Positions 29,863-42,764 of a DNA stretch of 64,000 bases are shown in pieces (positions within the stretch are counted from its first letter, which is position 1; each line of letters begins with the position of its first letter). This DNA comes from Octopus vulgaris. Its lineage: Eukaryota. A model generated the notes under the pieces. That model saw nothing but the letters and a program-made list of their open reading frames with translations, was not told the DNA's origin and ran no database searches. The DNA is taken from contig OX597814.1 of assembly GCA_951406725.2 (NCBI GenBank), positions 46,066,001 through 46,130,000 of the forward strand, in the 5' to 3' direction. The position numbers and the translations under genes are program-made.

Positions 29863-30149
29863 TTATCGTTTTACATCTGTTCTTCATGATAGCATGAATT
29901 GAATGGTTTGACAGGAATCAACATGTCAGAAGATCACGTATCAGAAATATGTTGTCCATTTTGACATTGCCCCCAAACCAGCATGGCTTGGCTTTGCATA
30001 AGAGAGTGTTGATGCTAGTGAACATTGCACAATTTGAATACCTCAGTGTCTCTGAGACCTCATCTTGCCAGTGAATGGATATTTTTTTACATTGGCAGTT
30101 TAGGTGGAATTTAGCTAGTTTTTTTTGTGGGGGTGAGGCTTATGGTTAA

Positions 30150-30369
30150 TCCTTTAGCATTTAAACCAGTCATATCCAGCCTAATTATTTTCTTTGTTTT
30201 ATATTGAAACCAGTCAGATCTGGTTTTTCATACCTACCCTACAATGTCATTCTAAAGATAAACAATCACATCATCAAAATCTCAAAGTTACAAGGTAATG
30301 CATGATTAATTTAAAATTATGTGGATGAATAAATATAAAATTTGACAGAAAAATTTGAATGCTAAAGAG
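30150..30369. mobile_element. piggyBac-like MITE, 220 bp
   Basis: TTAA at 30146-30149 and 30370-30373; imperfect TIRs tcctttagcatttaaa / tttgaatgctaaagag. Confidence 0.75.
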
Positions 30370-31203
30370 TTAACAGTCCGTTTCTAATTGGCATGCTGCA
30401 AATTTGGCAGGATAAGGACTCTGTAGAACTACAGTTTGGTTTGGAGTGTGTATCCTTCTTCCAGGTATTCTTCTAAAGTCTACTGAATTTAAATCCTGCT
30501 ATTGACTTTATTTTAGATGTGGATGATTTTTGAGTGAATACTGCTGAGGTATGTGACCCTGTCAGTGGCTTCTAGAGTCTGATCTTTGATTTTGATAGCA
30601 GTCTCCATGTACATTTTGTGATAGGATGGTTGGTACATGACTTCTTTGTTCCAATGGTGAGGCTGAAGTTATTGTAAGTGAATGAGAACCTACTCATGCA
30701 CTATTGCATTCTAGACTCAAAGCATCAATTTTAAGGATTGAATGATTACTTCTTATAAATAAAATATCAATCATAGTAGTATAGTATCACTGAGGACTCT
30801 ATCATGGGATTTAGTTGGGTTCCTGGCAGTAACTATTGTCAATTGTTAGTAGTCTATCTTTTATCATCAGCTGTATGTAGGCTTTGTAGAGTAAAATAAG
30901 GTCTTTTCTGCCAGAATATGAAGAAATTGAAAGTGAAAAGCATCAATCCTCGCAAACAAATGAGTTGTAAAATATAGATTTTAAGGAAGAAAAAACAAAT
31001 TGCTTGTAACAAAAATTTAGCAATTTAATATCATTTTCAATATTCTTCCTGTCTATATTTATTTACTTATGAAATGTTTTACAGTTGCCAAGTCATTTGG
31101 AATTAATAAAATTGACTGAAAATTACCAGAAATACATTTAATTTATAATGTAATAAAAGTGGATTGTATGTTTAATTATGTACTAATCCCCATATCATTT
31201 CAG

Positions 31204-31367
31204 ACAAGAAAACATCCTAAATTTGTTGTTAAAGAAATGGAAAGCATGTATATAGATGAATTAAAATCAGCCATAAATCTCTTGATGGCAAACTTGGAGA
31301 GCTTACCAGTATCAAAAGGTAGTAATGAAACGAAATATTCACTGAAAAAATTTCAAAAATATAACAG
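31204..31367 (+). CDS. CADPS: CAPS exon 2 ([55 protein letters not shown]), 164 nt, phase 0/2
   Basis: tttcag acceptor and gtaaga donor; matches [42 protein letters not shown]. Confidence 0.96.
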
Positions 31368-31679
31368 GTAAGACAGCTACATATATCATCATATTTGTCA
31401 GTGTCGTAATCACCTTATTTATCTATATATGTTAAAGGTCTGCAGTTAATATTTCACTTTATTTATCTGTTTACTTCATATTTTAAAGGGTCCTTTGAAC
31501 ATCACAACTCAACTACTATATTGCAGCATTTGGTGGTATTTGATAAATGTCAATTAAAAATATAGTTTTCATTATGCATTTGGTTGCAATATGATAAATG
31601 TTTCTCATTATTTATTCTTGGAAAATTTCTAATGTAGGAGTTTTTTTTTTGTTTTTGTATTTAGGTTGGAAAACAAATT

Positions 31680-32440
31680 GAGTATGCATAATTGTAAAAA
31701 AAAATCATGCACTTGTTGGTATGCATATGGTTAGTGTTTGTTAAAGGTAAAGCTCTTATAAAAGTCAATGCTTTCACTTATCTTGGCTTCACAGTGACAA
31801 ATGATGCTAAGCTTGGTATAGAGATTGCAAAGTGTGTAGAAAAAGCAAGCACACCATTTAGTAAAGTCTGATTGGCTATGGAATACCCATGGTGTTTCAA
31901 TTAAAACAAAAACTTGAATTATAAACAGTTGTCCTAACCACTCTGTAATACGAAGCTGAGTCTTGCACATCTTATAGCAAACATATTAATTAATTGAATA
32001 GCTTTCGCTTAATGTCCCTGAAATGAATATTCAAGACCAAATGGGAAGACAAAGTGAAAAATAGTGATATTCTGTCAATGGTATTGAAGCCTTCCAAATC
32101 AGGGCTTAATTGAGGTGATGTGGCCTTATTTTACGAATGAGTGATGATAAGATTCCAAAGCAAGTATTTTGAGGGCAACTTGATATTACTCAGCAGTGAG
32201 TTGTTAGGCCACCACTATGATATAAAGACAAATCAAGAGATAACCTAAGATACCTGAACATGAATGTACATTATTGGGAAGATGTTGCAATCAGTCAGAG
32301 GGACAGGAGTTGCCAATGTTATATAAAACTTGCTAACTTTGAGGTGCAAAGAGTTCTTTGTCATAACATGCTGCTTGAAAATAGAAAACAGAATCACCAA
32401 AATGCTTATATCTTGCAAATTATCATTGCCCTAATTGTGA
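31680..32440 (+). mobile_element. Decayed RTE LINE 3' relic
   Basis: GVSIKTK, WEDKVKNSDIL, RMSDDKIPKQVF.GQL are RTE C-terminal motifs; many stops. Confidence 0.65.
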
Positions 32441-33391
32441 TTTTGCAGCCAGGTCAAATGCTGGCTTAAGTAACCATCTATATGTCTCTGCTGCTTAAAA
32501 TAATATAAATTTGACATTTACTATCTGAGTCATCTTTGCAATGCATTTGCAGGTCTAAAGATACACATGTTGTCATAAAGTTGAATAGATAGATTTTTGC
32601 ATAACTATGTTGTAAATAATAAACGAAAAATAAATTATATTATGTTTTAATGAATGTTCTTTTTCCTTCTGCTTTGACACTTCCTCTTAGTTCAGTAATT
32701 CCATATTTATCTTCCAACTTCTCTCCCACCTCATCTTTTTTCTGCTATATTTATTTCTTTCCTGGCTACTCGTTACTCTTAGTTGAGTGTACCCAATACA
32801 CACTGTTGAGTTGGTTTTAGGAAGGGTATCCAGCTGTAGAAACAATACCAAAGCTGACATTAGAGCCTTGGCACAACCCTGTGGCTCTCCAGATCCTGTG
32901 AAGCCATCTAACTTATATTAACATGAAAAATGAACATTAAATGATGATAATGAAATGTGTCTGTGTGCACGCATGCACACACATGCAATAAAAGCAGTAT
33001 TAAATTAAAATAACCATCTATGAAGCATACTTAATGTAAATATATCATTGTAAGGCAAGTAACTGCAGTGTTTGTCCAGAGATAACACCCTGTGTTGATG
33101 TGCTGTGTTTAAAAATACAATATATATATTGCAGTGAGGTAAAAATCATCCCACCAGCAACTAGTTAGAACACCAAATGCATTTTGGCCTTCTGGGTCAT
33201 ATCTGTGGTATGTACTCTCAGCCAGAAATATGTAGACAAGATTTGTTGCCTCTGATATATAGGAAAAAGTAAATAAAACATCCAGTGATTTTGTGAGTAG
33301 CCACCCAGTTGAATTCAAATCTGTTATATACAATAGAAGCTGTTAAATTAAAATAACTCATTGTGTTATACTTAATGTAAATACATTATTG

Positions 33392-33607
33392 GTTTCAAAT
33401 TTTGACACAAGGCCAGCAGTTTCAAGGGAGATAAGTAAGTCAGTTACGTCAACCCCAGTACGCAACTGGTACTTATTTTGTTGATTCTGAAAGGATGAAA
33501 GGCAAAGTCGACCTCATTGGAAATTGAATTCAGAATGTAAAGATTGACGAAATGCCGCTAAGCATTTTGCTCAATGTGCTAACAATTCTGCCAGCTTGCT
33601 GCCTTAA
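33392..33607 (-). mobile_element. tRNA-derived SINE with a perfect 18-bp TSD
   Basis: TSD aatgtaaatacattattg at 33374-33391 and 33608-33625; domain gactttgcctttcatcctttc...ataagtaccag. Confidence 0.92.
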
Positions 33608-34459
33608 AATGTAAATACATTATTGAAAGGCAAGTTTCATTCAGAGATAATACCTCATATAGATGTGCTTTGTTTAAAAACAACAACAAAAAAATACAAT
33701 ATATAAAGAGGGAGAGGAAAATCATTTCAGCTGTGACCAGTGAGAATGCCAAGTGCATTTCACCCTAGCTAAGCCTTACGAATGGCATGTACATATAACC
33801 AGTCATATGCCTAAATGAGATTTCTTGTCTCCAGTGTGTTAGAAACAGAAAATAAAACATTAACTGATATTGCAAATAGTCATCTGACTGAATAAAAATT
33901 CCTTATAACTGGCTTTATGTACACAGTATAAATATGGCCCAGATTGGCTGAAATCTGGGATTGTTTTTGTAATGGATCTACTATAGGAGGCTGCTACTCT
34001 TATGACCATTGTAGTAGGTTGAGGTCATATTGAAGGCTGTCTCATCCATTGAAACTGAGGAGATTCATTTACTTCTGATATAAACTATATTTCTAATGAT
34101 GCTAGGTGAATTGCTTGATGTTCTTATATATATAGAAATGCCTTTTATTAGGCTCATAGCAAGACATAAAACTGCTACTTTCTAGAACTAAGATAATGTT
34201 GACATTACTTGGATTCATATTTCCAATAATTTTAAATTCATACACTAGAAGACCTTTCCTGAGTTTTCTACCTAGCTTATACTCACTCATGTCTTGGGTG
34301 ATAATCAACCCATCATCCCTGTATACACTTTATCTCAAGTCTGGCTATTGCTTATTTAAAGAATCCAGAATACATGCATTTATGATCATTCTTAATACCC
34401 TCTCTAGAAGCTTTAAGAATATGCTAGTATACACGCACAAACATATATATATACATATA

Positions 34460-34620
34460 TCTTTTATCATTTTCTTGTTTCAATCACTGGACTGTTGCCA
34501 TGTTAGGGCACTTATTTTCTAAGTCTGGTACTTATTCTGTCATTCTCTTTTGCCAAGCTGCTATGAGGATGTAAACAAACTAAAACTGGTTGTCAAGTGC
34601 TGGTTGGAGGACAGACACAA
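34460..34620 (-). mobile_element. SINE fragment whose 3' end resembles the CR1-group LINE 3' end
   Basis: Minus strand gtgccctaacatggcaacagtccagtgattgaaacaagaaaa versus LINE gtgccccagcatggccacagctcattagctgaaactggaaaa. Confidence 0.65.
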
Positions 34621-34654
34621 AGACATGCACACACAACACAAATATACACAGATA

Positions 34655-35545
34655 TCATCATCATCATCATTTAATGTCTGTTTTCCATGTTGGCATGGGT
34701 AGGATAGTTTGACAAGGATTGCTAAGTCAGAAGACTTTACCCAGCTCTGTTGTCTGCTTTGGTATGGTTTCTATGGCTGGATGTCCTTCCTAATGCTGAC
34801 CACCTTACAAACTGTATTGGGTGGGTGCTTTTTTATGTGGCAATGGCAGCAGTGAGGAGGTCACCAAATAATTTGCAGGACAAAACCCCCTCAACTGGAA
34901 ATAGGGAGAAGTAATTAAGAACAAAAAAGGTATCTTGCATTGGGGGAGAAACATGGCTACCTTAGAGAGAGAGAGAGAGAAAGAGGGAGGGGGGTGAGAA
35001 GATGGTGAAGGTTTAATAGGGAGGAGACAGGGGCTGTATACTCAAATTACAGAAGGTTGTATATAGTGAAGTGGACTGTAGATTGGGGAGGGTGAGTAGG
35101 TGGGTAGGTTCACAAGATTGTGAAAGGAGAGTGTGAGCTGGAGTAGGGGAGATGTAATGTGTAGGCACAGTTACAGGGAAGGATATTCGGGGGGGGGGGA
35201 TATATTGTGGATAAGTGTATATAGTGAAGTGGACAGGGATCAGAGAGGGTGAGTAAGTTCACAAGATTGTGAAAGGAGAGTGGGAGCTAGTGTAGGGGAG
35301 ATGTAACGAGCAGGTGCTGGTAGAAGGGGTGGGTATAAGGAGGATATGTTGTGGGGAATGGATTTAACAGGGACATATTGTGTGCAGGTAGATACATGAG
35401 GGAGAATGGATAGGAGGAGAATACAGCATTGGTGAGCATGGGTTGGGAGTGGGTTGTGGGGGAAGAGGATTTTACATAGCTGGGCAGGTGAACCCAGGGC
35501 TCTAGTAGAAGACACTTGCCCAAGGTGCCATGCAGTGGAACTGAT
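34655..35545 (-). repeat. Composite retroposon remnant: (GAT)n-tailed 3' end, GA/G-rich tract with internal direct repeat, and SINE head fragment
   Basis: catcatcat tail with ccatgttggcatgggt; purine-rich 34960-35470; related purine-rich tract at about 56670-57270. Confidence 0.6.
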
Positions 35546-36362
35546 CTAAAAAAAGACAAAAACAAAAAGTATTCCTTTTCTATTCTCCTGAACTACTTGA
35601 ATATTTTAATTAATCCCAAAGGCCATCTAATTAGTTATAATGTGAAGTGAATGTTTGAGTTATGAAAACCACTTTGCTTGACCAAGATAGGAAAGTCTCT
35701 TTGAACTGCAATGTGTGAATGACACTGATAAGATATTTAATGTATTCTAAAGAAGACTTTGCATTCTGTTTGTAATGAGATTCAAGCCCAGCAGGATGAT
35801 TACCTGGGATGATTTTTTGCTACCTGGAGCTACAGAATTTGTATGGTGTGATATATTTTTTGGCTGAAAATAGGTTTTGGGTTTGTCCTCAGAACTACTG
35901 GCTTTGATTCTGCTTCAGACACAGATTTAGTATGCGTACCATAAGCATGTTTAATAGTATTTAATGGTCATCTATCCCTACCAATTTATTGGGATACTCT
36001 TCATATGTCAAGGATGTCTTTTGTCATCTTTTCTGTATATGTTGATTCCAGTCTCATTGTAATAGAAACTGGTTGTTTTAAGGAGTATTTTGCTTGAACT
36101 AGATCACATATAAATATTAATAGCTTATGAAGATAATGATATGAAGTTTTATTATTCTATATTCTTTTGATGTATGTTATTATTATTTTTATTGTTGTTG
36201 CTGTTGTTTTGCAACCCTAATGCTTAGTTATTTAATTTGTATCTTCCTGAAAATTTATATCTGTGTTGTAAAATTTAATTCTATGTGAGATTTTATGCAT
36301 AATTGAGAAATTATTGTTATAACTTGTGTGATAATAACACTGATTGTTTATGTTTATTTAAG

Positions 36363-36456
36363 GACTCACCACTCCTCAATTTCCAAGTTAGATGTATCTG
36401 AAGACAATGAGCCTGGCCTTTCAAAACTTGATGTTGTTCTTACTTTTACTCTTGAG
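36363..36456 (+). CDS. CADPS: CAPS exon 3 (THHSSISKLDVSEDNEPGLSKLDVVLTFTLE), 94 nt, phase 2/0, start of C2 domain
   Basis: tttaag acceptor and gtttgt donor; phase fits both neighbours; matches CAPS LSKSDVVLSFSLE. Confidence 0.9.
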
Positions 36457-36639
36457 GTTTGTTGTTAGCTTTTTTTTTCAATATTTTTGCTTGTTACCTT
36501 GGTAAAGAAAAGTGCTTGTAATTTGTTATATATTATTTTATAAGTGGAATGTTGGGATATTTTATTATGTGGGAAGCAATAGATGTTGCTGAAATTTATG
36601 ATAAACAAATAAATATAAAAAGATAACAGAGACATTATC

Positions 36640-38660
36640 TTTTTTTTTTATCAGTTTCAGCTCAAAGCTGAGGCCATGCTGGGGCACCACCACTTTGCTA
36701 CACTGTTATTATTGAGAGCCTCCTCTGATATGTGGCATTTGGTGTGTAAGGGAGTTTGAGGTCACTGCCCCTATTTGTCCTTCTTGCCACGAGGTGGGTT
36801 CATCTGGGACTCTCAACATGAAGAGAGCCAGTTTTGTTTTGAAAACCTCTACATCCACTTTGTGTAAGAACGTCAGGATCTTTGGGAGAATATTAAAAAA
36901 GCTGTGGGCCCTTGAAACCCAGGCTAATGCAGTAACTGGTTTTTAAGTGTGATGGCATTGTTGGGATCTTTGACACTGTGCAGTGGCAAACCATTCTAGC
37001 ATTTGTGTAGCTTTCAATGCCAATATTTTAGCACAATCCCTACCAGGATCTTCCAGATGTATATTACTGCATATGTTTACTGCATCACTCCAGGGAGTAG
37101 AGTCTTAGCTGTTTCAGCCTTTCCTAGTTGCTGAGCTGTTGCAATGAGACAATCTTCTTTGTGAAGCTTCGCTGGATTGCTTCATGGTCCACTATTAATT
37201 TTACACTGTAGGGTGACCACAGCTGGGAGTAGTAGTCAACGCAGCTGAGGACAAATTTCCTCTATAGGGACATAATGGTTTCCTTCTCTCTGGTTCTGAA
37301 TGTTCTCAGGATCCAGTCAGCCGCCCATCTGCACTTCCTCACCATCTTAGTAATGTGTATTTGAAAAGAGATATTATCGCTCAGTCAATACCCATGTCCC
37401 ACACTGATTTAGGTTCTGGGATTGTAATGTCTTCCAGGCCAGCATTCCCTGTAAGTTTTTTGTTCCGTTTTGCATGCTATTAGTGAGGGGCTTGGAATTT
37501 TTCAGCATATAACTGCATATTATTGTCCTCAACCCATCTGTAAATTGCATCCAACTCCTGCTGCAGGTGTGCAACATCATTAGGGTTTTGTATTTTCTGC
37601 AAGACTTTTGTATCATCTGCTTAGCTAGCAAAGGTGGCTATCTGGGCAGCTGAGGGCATATCTGAGAGGGCCACTATGAAAAGCAGTGGTCCCAAGACAG
37701 TGCCCTGTGGAACACCACTTGCTATTTGTGTCTTCTTTGAGGTGGCTCCATTGGCCACCACTGCCTGGCTTCTGTCTTTCAGAAAGTTATATAACCACAA
37801 TCCAAGTTTTCTAGCTATGCCAAGATCACGCAGTTTGTGGCATATCATACCATGATCCACTTTATCAAAAGCTTTTGCAAAGTCAAGGTCTATTGCATCC
37901 ACCTCATCTATGGCTAGTATTATATTTTCTTCACCAATATTGATGTTACTGGTTATAGGTGAGGTAGCAAAGAAATCCACTGGTTCATTCACTTGTCTGT
38001 GTTCCAACAGGGTGGTAAAGACACTTTTGAACTGATCCTGGTTGTGTTATCAGTGAGGGAGCCATCCTTCTGGAAGAGAGGTCCTATTTTGCAGCGTACT
38101 GAGGCTGTTTCTTTGGCATAATGAAAGAAGGCCTTTGGGTTTCACTTGATGTTTTTTATAATCCAGGCTTCTTTGTCTGTTCTCTCTTTCATAAAGGATT
38201 GTTGCAGGCTTTTTTCAGTCTCCATCAGTGCTGTTTTTAGGCTGGGATGTTGGTTGAAGTGATTTGCAATCTTCATCCATTATCTCATGAGAATCTTCCT
38301 CTCTCTTGAAATTTTGTTCCTTTTATTGTTGGCCTTGTGCTCTTGGACACATTTCTGGCATATGGTTTGCATAACAAATATGATATATTGTAGTTTCATG
38401 TCAATATCTGGTGTGGAGAGACATTTCAGCCAGCCCTATCTGAGGATCTCTTTTTGGATTGATTTCCAGTCTGCTTTGTGGAAGTTCAGATTGGAGAGGT
38501 TTCGGGTGCTTCCTTTAGGCTGTATGTCTCTGGCTACTTTTGGTCCATACATAGACAGCTCTATTATGTTGTGATCTGAAACTAATGTCTCCGTCACTTT
38601 CACATTATGAATGATGTCCATATTGTTTGTGAAGCAGAGATCCAATATGTTATTTGCACA
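36640..38660 (-). mobile_element. CR1/L2-group LINE copy D with internal deletion (APE end, RT, C-terminus, 3' UTR)
   Basis: NILDLCFTNN, SDHNII, NFHKADW, LDFAKAFDKVDHG, SGVPQGTVLGPLLF, ADD; 3' motif at 36650-36690. Confidence 0.92.
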
Positions 38661-39349
38661 ATTTGCCTCATGAAAAGGGCAATATCTGTATGAAAAACAA
38701 TAGTTAAGTTAGTATTAACATATGTAAGGTAAGGAATATAAAAAATCTAATTAGAAATGAAGCAGTGAGAAAAGAATTCTTAACCCAATAACTAATTAGT
38801 ATTTTAATAATTATACCATGTACAAGAGATAATTCTAAGTATGTTTTTGTCTAATAATAGCAGTCATTGCACTAATGTTATATTTTCCTGACTGTGTAAA
38901 GCATTTATTAGATTTCTTGTGCTCACTATATTAAATATGTTTAAAGCTAAGTGAATATCTTTCATGTAAAATGCAGTAAAAAGTCACCTAGAAATAATCA
39001 AGCAGTAAAAAAAAATAATGTTAGTGATTGGTAATATTAAGCATGGGAGGCATTACAGACATGCTTTGGTTTTAATACGATCTCTCCAGTAAAGCATAGA
39101 TTAACTAAAGTAGTATTGAAAGAATTACTAAGTATGAGATTGTTTAGTAGGTTGGTGTAAACAAGAAAATTGAATTGTTTTGAGGATAATTTACTCAGAA
39201 TTGCTATCGTCATATATAGAATTATAAAATGTTTCAAACTGGAATTATATTATCCGAGTTACCAAGTGTGTGGTTTTGTAAAAATTATTTAAATTTACAA
39301 GTTGGACATTGTGTTAAATTGTGTCTTCTAAAATTGTTTTAGTTGTATT

Positions 39350-39660
39350 GTAAGTAGTTAGAGTATTTGGCTCAAGATCATATGGTTGTGAGATTGATTC
39401 CCAGTGGTGTAATGTGTCCTCAAGGACACTTTATTTCACATTATTCCAGTTCACTCAGCTGGTAAAAATAAGTTATACCTGTAATTAAAGGGCCAGCCTT
39501 GTCACATTCTGTGTCACACGGAATTTCCCTGAGAACTACATTAAGGTTACATATGTCTTTTGAGTGCTCAGCCACTTGCACATTAATTTCATGAGCAAGC
39601 CATTCCATTGATTGGATTAAGTGGAACCCTCATCATCATAACCAACAGAGTGTCAGTTAT
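39350..39660 (+). mobile_element. tRNA-derived SINE of a second family
   Basis: A/B-box-like head (tagttagag...gattgattccc), central cactttatttcacatt..ccagttcactcagctg; recognised as a recurring repeat type but not searched. Confidence 0.55.
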
Positions 39661-40667
39661 TAATTGTATTTTAATTATAGTTAGAGCTAATGTTTGTAGA
39701 AGGTGTGAAATTATTGAAAATTGAATTTATATTGTGCTTTGGGTGAAAAAAATGTCAGTTGTAATATGTAGAAATAGGTCAATTTTTTTTTTAAATAAAT
39801 TTCTTTACAAGTACTATATTTATAAATATTTGGTGCCAAATGCATTCTCTCAAGGCATAATAAAAGTGAACTGGCTGGTTTGTGAGCACTATAAAACTGA
39901 ATGTTTCATTTGCTTACAGTACCAAGTTACTATAAACTGATAACTCTTATCAAGAGTGAAAGATAACTCTCACCTGGTTAGAAAGCTAATATTAGCTCTA
40001 TTACATCTTTACTATGTTAAATGCCTCACTAAGACAATATATAAAGTCACTGATCAAATTAAATTTATTTAATGTTGTTTTCCAAATGGCCCAAGCAAGT
40101 GTCTGCAGGTGTATGGGTTTTAATCACAAGAAATGAATGATTGGTTGTTTAAATGACCTAATTCTTATACACAAGACAATTATTTCTTCTAAGTAGGAAA
40201 ATATATGACTTGTATTTATTTCACTTAGTCTACTGACACAATAGTCAGGATTAAACCCAGAAACATGAAGTATCAAACAAGATAATGTAAAGTTAGTCAA
40301 CATTTCTGCTATATATATATTATCCCTAACACTTATTACAATAAATACTATTCTTACCGGCCTATTGTATTCAGTTTTCTTAGCAGTTAAATATGCTCCA
40401 TTGTTTAATGAAATGATTAAATTATTTCAAACTTACTCTCAAAAAAGGTCTGTTAAACCAACTTTCTAAACCTATAAAATAAATTTAGTTACATAAATTT
40501 CAACAAAAGTGGTTGTCCAGTTATATTTTGTACTAATAATCAACATACTTAGTTATGATAAATAACAGTTGATTAGATTGTAATTTAACATAATTGTTCC
40601 TAAATTGAATTTTATAAAGTATTCATGTTTATTGTCACAATGTAATTATAATAATTATGTTTTCTAG

Positions 40668-40789
40668 GTTCATGTAATTGAAGTTAAAAATCTCCGCTCT
40701 TTAGCTCCGAATAAAATTGTTTATTGTACGATGGAAGTTGAGGGTGGAGAAAAACTGCAAACTGACCAAGCTGAGGCCTCCAAACCTTG
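40668..40789 (+). CDS. CADPS: CAPS exon 4 ([41 protein letters not shown]), 122 nt, phase 0/2, C2 domain
   Basis: ttctag acceptor and gtaaag donor; [24 protein letters not shown] is near-invariant in CAPS. Confidence 0.97.
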
Positions 40790-41899
40790 GTAAAGATACT
40801 TTTGAAATTCATAACTATTTTTTGTTTTCTTCAATTAATTCTAAATAATACCACTAAATAATATTTTTTACTGGACATAAAACATTTATTTGAAATGGGA
40901 AGTATGTTGTTGATTAACTTCACTCCTGTATTCTTGATTCCAGAAGGATGATAGATAAAAATCACTCCATGGATACAATAAAGAATTTAGATTGACCCAG
41001 TCCCTTCACAGAACTTGTAATCTATGAAGATCCAAATTAGAGTCTTTAAAGTAACTAATTCAGCATTCTAGCTGGGAAATGTTCCTTCCTTAGAAAATTG
41101 TATTTGGCCTTTCAAATGCTGAGTTGTTTTAATAAGCTTTACTCAAGCTGACCTGTGGCATGTGGTTACTCATTCAGTGGAAGTACTGAATGATTTCCAG
41201 ATTCAAGGCAAATAGGATGAAGTTCTTTGTTTTAGAAACTGAATCCTTATTAAAAAAAATACATCTGATATAAATAGCTGTGTGAATATTCAGATACATA
41301 AAATCCTGCCAGCATAAAAGAATTATTCATTCATTCAAGAATATTTTTACATCCACTTTTCTATATTGGCTTTGTTTGTATGAATAAATAGTATGGCATG
41401 TATTGTGTCTTCTGTGAGACTAATATGCTGAAATTCAACTTTAATATTTGTTCCCATTTCATCTTTGATTGTCTTCTGGCATGAGATCCTTCCACTATTA
41501 GTACATAGCTGTTTTCTCCCAGCATATAGCATCCTTTTGCATCACATGTCTTGGAATGGAACAATTCAGTACAGCTGTTTTGGCAGTGGCCTATATCATT
41601 TTGACACCAATTTGGCAACAAATGTTTTAGTGCCAAGAAGTAACATATTTGATTAAAAGATACCAGTGCAAAGAGATATATAACTGTAATTCATATTTAT
41701 ATATATTGAAAATATAACTTTTTATATAAAAGGTTTTAGGTTTACATTTGGTAATTATGATCAAGTTATTTCAAGGACTTGACTGCATGTGTGTTTTCAC
41801 AACTAAGAACAGTTCTATGTGTTCTTTTATTTGCATCCCTGTACTTTTTGTAGTTCTCTGCAGTGGTTTGTGCTAACCTAGTAAGCATTCATGTATTTT

Positions 41900-42620
41900 A
41901 TGGAGCCTATCAATTTCCATATGATGGAACATTGTATGCTACACTCATATAATCAACAATGAGTTGCTGCCAAAACATTATTTGTACTTCTTCCTCATTA
42001 AAAGTTATCTGATAAAGGTCCCAAATCTTGAAGAGAAATAAGGTCTTCCACTTCTCATCTGTTTTGATAGCCAACATATATATCTTCAAATCATTTGAGC
42101 TAGACTTGAAGTTTTTGCAGCTGTTTGGTTGCCAGAGTATCATATGTTTGTAAGTCTTACTCCAAAGTACAAAGGCAAGGGCAATAATCATTTTAGCTTT
42201 TAGTGTGATATCTGAATTTACGTTACACACATAAGTGAAACCCAATCAAAGTAGATTTTCTTTTTCATATACTTTGAGTTAAATGAAAAATAATACATTC
42301 TTTTATTTGAACATCAAAGAATGATTCATAGTACTGTGTGCAGCTTGTTCAAAATCACAAACAGTTGAAGTGGGTCTCAAATTAGGTTAATTTTCTCCTA
42401 GTAATTTCAACATTCTCACATGTATGATGCATTTCTTTGGTAAAACATCAGGCAAAACATATATGGTGAACACCTTCATGCTTTTTTTAAAGTTATTATA
42501 TAGTCTTGCTTTGCCCCAGTTTGATTTGCTCACAATGTCAAAATTTGAAGTCATTAGTTTTGTTTGCTTTGATAAAGTTTTAGAGGAATCTGTTAACATT
42601 TTTTTTTACCACACCTTCTA
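41900..42620 (-). mobile_element. Mutator-like (MULE) transposase relic
   Basis: CDFEQAA, IKEC..FHLTQSI*KRK and ALAFV resemble MULE DFE.A...I.GC.FH..Q.IWRK; many stops and frameshifts. Confidence 0.65.
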
Positions 42621-42764
42621 CATATGCCTAGGCCATCAAATGCACAAATGAGGTATTTAGTTAAAGATTAGCGAAAAGATAGAAACACTCGTAGCAGTGC
42701 ACATGCAGCAAATAATATTCAAATATCACCCATTGGCATGATAAGTTTCACTATCAGAGTCATG

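Noticed and set aside
33540-33607. tRNA genes at SINE heads
   Set aside because: Only A/B-box-like remnants fused to SINE bodies; no cloverleaf.
42751-42763. ctatcagagtcat versus ctatctgtgacat (45519-45531) as a TSD of the RTE
   Set aside because: Only 10/13 identity, and part of the right copy is element-coding sequence.
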